Positions 48,391 through 64,000 of a stretch of 64,000 bases of DNA are shown in pieces. The translations under genes and the position numbers were made by a program. Source of the stretch: Eledone cirrhosa (Eukaryota); the NCBI GenBank assembly GCA_964016885.1, contig OZ024761.1, positions 12,152,001 through 12,216,000 on the forward strand, in the 5' to 3' direction. The notes below the pieces were generated by a model. It saw only the letters and a list, made by a program, of their open reading frames with translations, made no database searches and was not told the origin of the DNA. Positions within the stretch are counted from its first letter, which is position 1. Each line of letters opens with the position of its first letter.

Positions 48391-49128
48391 ATATGTAAGG
48401 TGACGTTAGGGTTAGGAAGAACAAAGAGGGTTACCCAATGTTAGAACCGTTCGGCTATTGTGAATAAATGTTGAACTAATTTAACCAGTAGTAAATCTCT
48501 CAATAGAAACAGCCAGCCAAGCAGAATTGAATGTTTAGTAGCTCGGCTTGCACTCCAGCATTGCTACAACAACAACAACAGTTAATATATCACCCAACCC
48601 CGTCCCCACCTCACTCCTATATATATATTTATATATATATGTGTGTGTGTGTGTGTACATATATATATATATATATATGTACATATGTGTACATATATAT
48701 ATATTGCAGTGGTTATTTAGTACATTTCTGCGTATTTGGAATAGTTTACCGTGAGTATGTAACTACAGCTGCCCTAGATTCAGAGTTGTGGGCAGCCAAC
48801 TATACCCCCACCTTACACACATACTGACGTCTGAATTCAGGGTTGTGGGTAACCATCTACGCCACCCTCCACCTTACACACACACACACGTCTGAATTCA
48901 GGGTTGGGGATAGCCAACTACACCACCCCCTTAAGGTCGGTAAAAGAAGCTGCCATCAGCCGATACGAGGAATCAGATACTGTAGCGGCTGATGGCGACT
49001 TATTTTTCCCGTCTCTAAGGATCTTCCCCCTGTTCTCCGCACAGGAGCACACAAATCTTTATATCAACTTTATCCTCGAAGCACTTTTAAAAGTCGGAGA
49101 GAGCGGCTACTTATATACGATACCTTTT

Positions 49129-49235
<107 letters not shown>

Positions 49236-49804
49236 AACAAGTAGGACCCCGACGGCAGAGCTCAAGCCGTTTCGACGGCTAATTCTGGACTAAATGAACA
49301 TTTTTATCCTGGTAAATGAATAGCCGAACTTCTCAGGGGGTAATTCCATATATGGTAAAAGTGATTGTCACAAGGATTGGTCAAAGGTTTGTTGTTGAGA
49401 CACATGATTCTATCATGGCATTTTGTGGAAGGTAGGGGTAGCTGAACTTGCCAGTAGAAGAAAGAGGGAGAGGGAGTGGAGGAAACCCAGTCGAGCGTTG
49501 AAAGTGACAACTACAGCAGATTCTAAGGATAGAAGGTCGAAAAAAGTATACTAGAGAAGGGGAGGGGGAAGAAGTCGAAACAATAAGTAAATTTATATGG
49601 AGTAAATATATAGAAAAATATATTTAAAATATTAAAAAAACATTTCTGGTTACTATTCCCCTTCCACAATCATCTACTATTCCCCTTCCACAATCATCTA
49701 CTATTCCCCTTCCACAATCATCCACTATCCAGGAAGCTCCAACCGTTAAGGTTGCATTTTTTTCAGAGTATGTCAATATTTATTTATAAAACTAATCTGT
49801 ATTG

Positions 49805-49870
49805 TATTTTATCTGATGAAAGCGCACCATCATCTGTCTTGGTGGCCCTTGAAATATGTATAATAAAATA
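49805..49870 (+). ncRNA. Minimal type-I hammerhead ribozyme
   Basis: TATTTTAT CTGATGA AAGCGCACCA..TGGTGGCCCTT GAAA TATGTA TA^ ATAAAATA. Confidence 0.85.
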
Positions 49871-49930
49871 AATATGGTTTTACAAATATAGTTTCCATTT
49901 GTTAATATATTGTATATATATATATATATA

Positions 49931-50305
49931 TACAATATTAAATAAATGGAAAACTATATTTATAAAACCATATTTATTTCATTATATATATTTCGGGGAT
50001 ATCATATTAACAATATGCTATGCCTTCATCAGACAAAATACAATATAAACAGTTTTATAGATAAATAGATTCGACATACCGTCATAACACCGACTTCATT
50101 TGAAGAGGTTTACGCTGGCAGCGTAAACCTCTTCAAATGAAGTCGGTGTTATGACGGTATGTCGAATCTATTTATCTATAAAACTGTTTATATTGTATTT
50201 TGTCTGATGAAGGCATAGCATATTGTTAATATGATATCCCCGAAATATATATAATGAAATAAATATGGTTTTATAAATATAGTTTTCCATTTATTTAATA
50301 TTGTA
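49931..50305. repeat. 375-bp perfect palindrome (centre 50118) with a hammerhead in each arm (+ copy at 50196-50261)
   Basis: TATTTTGT CTGATGA AGGCATAGCATATT..AATATGATATCCCC GAAA TATATA TA^ ATGAAATA; same family as 2235-2479. Confidence 0.95.
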
Positions 50306-50389
50306 AATATACTCCAAATATTTGTCGAGTGCTTTTATATCAGTTATAAATATTTACTAGTTGTAACCCAACAATTTTAAATATAACTT

Positions 50390-54730
<4,341 letters not shown>

Positions 54731-55260
54731 AACAAATGGAAGTTCAGCATAATCGAAGCTCTGGCTGCAGCTAAGCTAACGAATGCAATCGGGATGTGCA
54801 GCTAAGCACTCAATAAGGTATTTTACCTTAGAGTTATAACATTACGTTTAGACAGCGACCGGTGAGCCAGCCGCAGGGACCAAAGCAACGAGAAAAAACT
54901 GACTCAGGAAAATATGGCAAACCTGGACCATCGCATCGCGTTGATATATATAAAATTAATTAAAGGTTAATTAGTCACTAATACCCAAACATATCAATGA
55001 GAGAAACCTCTCAGAGAAGCAATATTACATATTAAAATTAAATGAGAAAAACTCTAATTCTCATTTAAGGGTCGTGTGGGACAGAATCCTGACCCGCCCG
55101 CCCCCCTCCCCAGCGGCTCCTGTCAAGCGTCTCCAACTGATCTGGCTGGAAAACCAAGCCTGACCAGCCAAGCTCATGGATGTTATTCAACCATCTTGCT
55201 CGGGCGGGGTGTACCCCTGGGTCTCCTGTCAGTTGGTCTTGCCCGTAAAATCTGTCCAGA

Positions 55261-56490
55261 GATTCTTTCCTGAGACATTCTAACCACATGCCCATAGAAT
55301 CGCAGCTGTGATCTCTCAATTCAGTGATTCTCTCCTGAGACATTCTAACCACATGCCCATAGTATCGGAGCTGTGATCTCTCAATTCAGTGATTCTCTCC
55401 TGAGACATTCTAACCACATGTCCATAGTATCGGAGCTGTGATCTCTCAATTCAGTGATTCTTTCCTGAGACATTCTAACCACATGCCCATAGTATCGGAG
55501 CTGTGATCTCTCAATTCAGTGATTCTCTCCTGAGACATTCTAACCACATGCCCATAGTATCGGAGCTGTGATCTCTCAATTCAGTGATTCTTTCCTGAGA
55601 CATTCTAACCACATGCCCATAGAATCGCAGCTGTGATCTCTCAATTCAGTGATTCTTTCCTGAGACATTCTAACCACATGCCCATAGAATCGGAGCTGTG
55701 ATCTCTCAATTCAGTGATTCTTTCCTGAGACATTCTAACCACATGCCCATAGAATCGGAGCTGTGATCTCTCAATTCAGTGATTCTTTCCTGAGACATTC
55801 TAACCACATGCCCATAGAATCGCAGCTGTGATCTCTCAATTCAGTGATTCTTTCCTGAGACATTCTAACCACATGCCCATAGAATCGGAGCTGTGATCTC
55901 TCAATTCAGTGATTCTTTCCTGAGACATTCTAACCACATGCCCATAGTATCGGAGCTGTGATCTCTCAATTCAGTGATTCTCTCCTGAGACATTCTAACC
56001 ACATGCCCATAGTATCGGAGCTGTGATCTCTCAATTCAGTGATTCTTTCCTGAGACATTCTAACCACATGCCCATAGAATCGCAGCTGTGATCTCTCAAT
56101 TCAGTGATTCTTTCCTGAGACATTCTAACCACATGCCCATAGAATCGGAGCTGTGATCTCTCAATTCAGTGATTCTTTCCTGAGACATTCTAACCACATG
56201 CCCATAGAATCGGAGCTGTGATCTCTCAATTCAGTGATTCTTTCCTGAGACATTCTAACCACATGCCCATAGAATCGCAGCTGTGATCTCTCAATTCAGT
56301 GATTCTCTCCTGAGACATTCTAACCACATGCCCATAGTATCGGAGCTGTGATCTCTCAATTCAGTGATTCTTTCCTGAGACATTCTAACCACATGCCCAT
56401 AGTATCGGAGCTGTGATCTCTCAATTCAGTGATTCTCTCCTGAGACATTTTAACCACAAGTCCATAGTATCGGAGCTGTGACCTCTCAAT
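55261..56490 (-). repeat. 65-bp minisatellite (~19 copies) amplified from RTE coding sequence, inside an RTE fragment at 55130-56585
   Basis: The unit's reverse complement encodes ERSQLRYYGHVVRMSQERI and matches the single copy at 30960-31030. Confidence 0.92.
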
Positions 56491-57082
56491 TCAATTCGAA
56501 GTAGCAGCAGCTCTCTCTGGAGTGACTCTCTGATTTCGAAGCTAGACATCTGTCCAGCGATTCTTTCCTGAGACATTTTAACCACTTTGCTAGAGAACGG
56601 GTCGCAGGTGGTGGATAGAGATACAGTCACCAGATATGATAAGCAATCTCGGACCAACAGTGGTAAACTACTAGAGGAGTGGGAACAATGGGTGACACCA
56701 GAAAACTCTCACAACCCAGTGATGTAGCTATGACGAGGCGAGTAAAGGCCACCTCTAAAAAAGCCTAGTCTTCGCGGGTTTCACAAAGTACCAGATTGGT
56801 GACAGGCGCGAATAAGACCTCAGAAACTACTACTGCAATATGATGAGAGGAACAATAAAGAACCATACCACATCGCCCTTCACGCAGGTTAACAAGGGAC
56901 GTGTCCAGGTAGTGGGACCAGTTTGAAAAAATATATTGCAGTCTCCATTTCATGCTGCAAAAACTGTCAATGGGCCTGTGACTGCTCTGGGGGAAGGGCA
57001 TGGGATGGACGCACAAAGATTGCGTATCCTGAGACCCCCAAAGAGGAAAGGACCAAACGTTGACAATTGGATATATACATGC

Positions 57083-57157
<75 letters not shown>

Positions 57158-57160
<3 letters not shown>

Positions 57161-57358
57161 TGTATAAAAATCAATACAATATAATTACCTCATTACCAGA
57201 GGTTTCCCGAATGAGGCGAATACGAAAGAAACGTCTTCATTCGTTCGTCAGACGAGGCCCTCGTCTGACGAACGAATGAAGACGTTTCTTTCGTATTCGC
57301 CTCATTCGGGAAACCTCTGGTAATGAGGTAATTATATTGTATTGATTTTTATACATTA
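57158..57358. repeat. 201-bp perfect palindrome (centre 57258) with a hammerhead in each arm (+ copy at 57259-57328)
   Basis: CCTCGT CTGACGA ACGAATGA..TCATTCGG GAAA CCTCTGG TA^ ATGAGG. Confidence 0.93.
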
Positions 57359-57432
57359 AATTTTGCTCTGATACTTACATAGAGCACTCTTCACTTCTAT
57401 GACCTTTTCTGTTCCCAACGGAAATTTCAATA

Positions 57433-57532
<100 letters not shown>

Positions 57533-57574
57533 TGTATGTATGTATGTACATGTATGTATGTACATGTCAGGTCA

Positions 57575-58802
<1,228 letters not shown>

Positions 58803-59621
58803 CCAGGGCGTACTGTTGTGTACATACGTGAGAACAACGTTACACATTTTAAATTGTCCAACGTAATGAAACTTTTAAATTTCCACTCCTAACAGAAATT
58901 CTAGAAATACTGAATTATTTCAATTGTTTCGTTTCTGTTGAATTGATGGGATAATGTTAGTTTAGAAGTAAGGAAACTATGTTATTTGCCGCCATCAACG
59001 CAGCATTTAATAAAATTACAATAAATATAGGAAACAAAAGAACTCGTAAAATAATTGACACTCCTGCAGACACTCCTGCTTATGTTTCGCAAGTCGTCGA
59101 CCACTTCCCTCGTTTTGTCCTTCTCTCTGTTGACCGGTTTCTTAAACCTGGAAAATTAGCAAATAAAATAGATAAATAGAAATAGAAATATGGTGAGAAT
59201 GTCTCAGGAAGGAATTGCTGAACAGCCTGGAGATCAGAGAGTTGCTCCAGGTAAAGCTGCTACTTCTCTGAATTGAGAGATCACAGCTCTGATACTATGG
59301 ACGTGTGGTTAAAATATCTCAGGAAAAAATCTCCGAATTGAGAGATGTCTCAGGAAAGAATCTCTGGACAGATTTGTAGCTTGAAGATCAGAGAGTCACT
59401 CCAGGTAGAGCCATTACTTCTCTGAATTGAGTGATCACAGTTCCGATACGATGGACATGTGGTTAGAATGTCCCAGGAAAAAATCTCCGAATTGAGATAG
59501 CACAGCTACGATACTATGGGCTTGTGGTTGGAATGTCTCAGGAAAGAATCGCTGGACAGATTTGTAGCTTGGAGATCAGAGAGTCACTTCAGGTAGAGTC
59601 GCTACTTCTCCGAAGCTAGAG

Positions 59622-62600
59622 ATCATCATCACCATCATGGGGTTGAACTTGCTCGGCCTTCTACGACACGTTTCCTCCAACCATCTCTGTCTCTCATAGC
59701 GTTTGCCAGTTCTTCCGCAGTGCATCAAGTATCGTCCTCAAGTTGCTTGACGTATGTCTTCTTGGGACGACCAGCGTTTCTTACTCCATGAGATGGACTC
59801 CATAACAATACATCGCCTGCTATTTCTTCCTTGCTGCGCCAACAGTGGCCAGCAAACCTGAGTCTCTGTTTACGTATTGACTTGCTGATAGGTGGTATAT
59901 GGCCATAGAGATCCTTATTTGTTGGGTGTTCCCTCCAAGATACGTTTAAAGCAGCGCGGAGCATACGTGCGTATGCGCCGTCTAGCTTTTTCTCCAGTTT
60001 TGACGTTAGCGTCCAAGTGATAGAGCCATAAACAAGCACAGATTCCACAGCAGCTCTGAAGAAATTCCTTTTCAGTTTGGCCGGCAGGTTTGATTTCCAT
60101 ATTTTTTCCATTGCATTCAATGCTCCCCAGGCTTTTCCCAGCCTGATGTTAACACCATGTTCTGTGGAGGCGATATAGCTACCCAAGTATTTGAAGTCGT
60201 CAACTTGCTTGATTATATCGCCGTTTAGACTTCGCATACCAACTGAGGAGTCTTGGTTCAGGCAAATATATTCTGTTTTGCCTGCGTTGACATAGAGTCC
60301 GATTTCCTTTGCAACTGATTCGATGCTGTGAAGTAGTGATGTTGCATCCTTAAGGTAGTCAGCGAGGACCGCTAAATCATCTGCATAGTCAGCATTGGTG
60401 ATTTTCTGAGCTGCATGGCGTCTACACTTTCGCTTTGTGAGAGTGAAACCAAGCTCTAAGTTTTCGTCCAGGGCTTTTCTCAATACATAGTCGAGGCAGA
60501 TGATAAAAATATATGGGGCAAGAGTATCCCCTTGGAGTACTCCTGCAATGATGTCAAAGAAGTTGGTATCTCCATCAGGTGAGCGCACCATTGCGCGGGT
60601 GTTTTTATATAACATCATGATGGCATTTACTGTTTCTCTTGGCAAACCGTAGGCTAGAAGTATCTCTCTCATCCTCCCACGATGGATGGAATCGCTTTTG
60701 AAAAATCAATAAACAGGAGAGTTGCTGGGAGGTTTTTGTCTTTTACGCCTTCCAAGATACGCCGAATAGTAAGTATTTGCCCTGATGTTGATCTGTTGGT
60801 GCGGAAGCCATTTTGATTTTTTTCTCAGGGGGGTCAATGACAGGTCTTATTCTGTCAAACAGCATGAGATTGTATATCTTTGCGACAATTGCCATTAGTG
60901 TTATGCCACGGTAGTTTTTAGCCATTCCAAGATCGCCCTTTTTGGGAAAAGGGAGTATACATCCCTCAGTCCATTTGTCCATAGGGTCTTGATTATAGAC
61001 ACCATTGCACAACTCTAGTAGGATTGGGTGAAATTCAGGTACCTTCCACACTTCAGCTGGGATCTCGTCGAGTCCGCACGCTTTTCCGTTACCAACACTT
61101 TTCACTGCCTTCTGTAGTTCCTCCAAAGTGAAAGGACGTTTCTGTATTTGGTGTTCCTCTGTAAAAATGGGTATTATTTCTTCTTCGATGATCTGTGGTA
61201 CTTTGCCAAGTAGTTTCTGAAAATGTTGTTGCCACAGTTTGAAACGTTCGTCTTGGCTGGAGGCTTTCAGTTTGGCTCTGTCACTACTTTTTCTGCCACT
61301 AATTTCATTGACAGTTGTCCAGGCTTCAGCAGACCTCTTATTGCTGACAGTACTTGAGATATGATTGATCTATTCCTGCATGTATTCGGCTTGCTCAATT
61401 TCATACCCACCTTTCAGTGCTGTACAAGCAGCACTGAAGTTACTAATGTTTTCTGGAGATCGTTGAGTGTCTTTCAATTATGAAGATTTTCGCAACTCTT
61501 TGCGCTTTTGGCGTATCCTCTCTGTTTCCCAGGGTTTTCGTTTTTTAACCTTGGGTTTTAAAGGGATGGCGTCGGCCGCTGCCTCTTTGAATGCCATTTG
61601 AAAGTGGTTAAATGTAGAATTTGACGATTCTTGTAGGGCAGCAAATCGGTTGCTCAGTTGGGTTACAAAGGTTTTGTAAGTCTCAGGATTGGTATTCAGA
61701 ATTGCCTAGTTGCAGATTTCTTTTTATCCACTCGGAGACTTAATCGTTTCTTGGCCGAGACAATGCGATGATCTGAGTCAACACTAACAAACGAGTCATT
61801 TGCTCTGCAGTTTTTTGCGCTGTTCTTCCATTTTCGATTGATTATGATATAATCCAGTTGTGTCTTGTCGCCACTTGGAGATTTGTGTGTCCCCCGCTGG
61901 CCTGGTCTTTTTTGGAATATGGCGTTGAGACATCGTAAATTGTTCTCACACAAGTAATCTTTTAGCATACAACGGTTTCTATTGGTTTGTGAGTGGTGTG
62001 AGAATCTGAATCCATCAAGCTGTCCAAGACACGCGTTGAAGTCTCCGCCAATGATGAGAACATTATGTTTCGGGATTTGTCCAGTGAGTGATGTTAGTTC
62101 CATGTAGAACCTCTCTACTTCGGCCATGTCACATACATGTGTTGGACTATAGCAAGAGATGACAGTGGTTTCAGGATTCCCGTTAAACGTAGCTATCATT
62201 ATCCTTGATGTGATCATTTCAACACTCGCAAGTGCATCATAGGCTCGCGGACTGAAAAGCATTCCAACTCCACCATTTGCTGCATTCATGTTGTTTTTCC
62301 AAGCTGAGCAGGTTATCAGCCTCCAATTACCAAATATTTGCTCCTTTGTTACAAACTCTTCATGTATGAACCGGTGCTCCTGAAGACAGATAACATCATG
62401 GTTGGTCGCCCCTGCTGAAGCAATCAGTTCAGGGATTTTATGTTCTTTCTGGAGTGTTTGAACATTGAGTGTACCAGCAAGGATGTCTATCTTTCCGTGT
62501 ACAAGTCGGGTTGGTTGTTTTCTCCGTGTATGTTTCCCAGTATCTGATTTTTCGACTACAATCTGGGAATCCGTTGCAGGACGCGCTCCTTGTTTAACCA

Positions 62601-63130
62601 CTGCGGGATGAACATCGAAGGATTTGTGTCATATTTAGCTTTCAATAGCTGGATATACACATGCGGTCGCTACTCCATACACGTGAAAGCAGTACTCTGT
62701 ATTAGAGCGGTTGTGCCTCACCGAAACATCCAACAATAGTTGATATGATCGCCTTGCCATTAGTAGTATGAACCAAATTCACAGTTATTTGATCATTGCC
62801 TTATCTACTGATCCGATATCCTGCTTACCAATGTCGTCGTTTAACCCAGTCAGGATTGGTTTGATCAGCCTATCAAGGCCACAGAGCTCTGTCCGCCCCG
62901 GCTTTGAAATCAGAGTGGTCCCTCTCCTAGACAGATTGCCGACCAAGGCTATCAAATATACACTATATACATATTTACACAATTTTTGGATGGCCGTTGA
63001 CTCTTATGAGTTCTTCCGCCCTTTGTCAGGTTTTGTTTTTGTCCCGCAGGATGTCCAAAATCACCCTCCTCACCAAGTAAACTTGATGGGGTTGCCGGTT
63101 TAGTCGCCGACGATCCAACTATGCGACAGG
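59622..63130 (-). mobile_element. Near-full-length RTE-clade LINE (APE endonuclease + RT), frameshifted and inactive, nested in tandem RTE fragments (59190-59620, 63131-63330)
   Basis: APE: GTLNVQTL, CLQEH, SCYSPT, GGDFNA, QLDYII, SDH (61696-62601). RT: PKKGD..NYRGITL, GVLQGDTLAP, YADDL, FKYLGS, RLRFAGHC. (GAT)n tail at ~59622-59638. Confidence 0.93.
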
Positions 63131-63891
63131 GGACATGTGACTAGAATGTCTCAGGAAAGAATCTCCGAATTGAGAGATAACAGCTCCGATATTACAGACA
63201 TGTGGTTAGAATGTCTCAGGGTAGAATCGCTGGACAGCTTTGTAGCTTGGAGATCAGTCAGAGTCACTCCAGGTAGAACCGCTATTTCTCCGAATTGAGA
63301 GATCACAGCTCCGATACTATGGATATATGGCTAAATGGAGGGTCCTTTACACAACCCAACACTGGTCAATTATGGCTAAGGCTGGAAGGGGGGGGGGAGG
63401 CGAGGGGTCCCCTTTATACAACCCTGCACACATATGCTTATGGTTGTATAGATAAAAAAAAAAACAAGAAAAACCACCTTTCACCTTTAGCAAACATAAA
63501 ACCCAGTAAAACAAAACCACCACCAACAACAACAAAGAACTGAGTCTATTAGTAATTCCATCACACTGTAAAACTGTACACATTTTAATTAGTCTTTTGA
63601 AACTGAAGTAGGGGGGGGGGGGGCAAAGAAACACGAAAATCAGGTTTGAATTACTAAACCTGTTTTGTTTACTAAATAAACCAAACAAACAGTTGAATAC
63701 ATCGTAGAATGGATTCTAACTGGACAATTCTAGGTCCTGTCTTACCATATCGTTTATACACACACACACGCACATATGTATATAATCACACACAGACACA
63801 CATACACATATGTATATACATATATATATACACACACACACACACATATGCATATATACACACACATACATACATATATATATACACATAC

Positions 63892-63935
<44 letters not shown>

Positions 63936-63945
63936 ACACACATAC

Positions 63946-64000
<55 letters not shown>

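Overview
This is repeat-rich, AT-rich animal genomic DNA. The (TA)n/(CA)n load and the SINE/RTE families suggest a cephalopod, probably octopus-like; this is inference. One protein-coding gene is clear: a Suppressor of Hairless/RBPJ (CSL) Notch-effector gene on the + strand. Eleven coding exons run from 5016 to the stop at 27487 with consistent GT-AG phases; I could not locate the 5' start. Its introns hold minisatellite arrays, several derived from MITE ends. The rest of the window is transposon debris: a DD37D mariner relic, RTE LINEs (one with an intact RT+PHD ORF, one near full length, one bipartite with three C2H2 fingers), a CRE-like endonuclease relic, tRNA-derived SINEs and MITEs. The main hidden signal is a dense set of about 15-20 type-I hammerhead ribozyme motifs from several unrelated families. 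Most abut (TA)n tracts, and many sit in 100-375 bp near-perfect palindromes with one outward-facing ribozyme per arm. Most palindrome-associated copies are followed 40-75 nt downstream by a covarying RCTC...GAGY hairpin. This fits non-coding remnants of Penelope-like elements (pseudo-LTRs). Several copies lie in sense orientation inside the CSL gene's introns.
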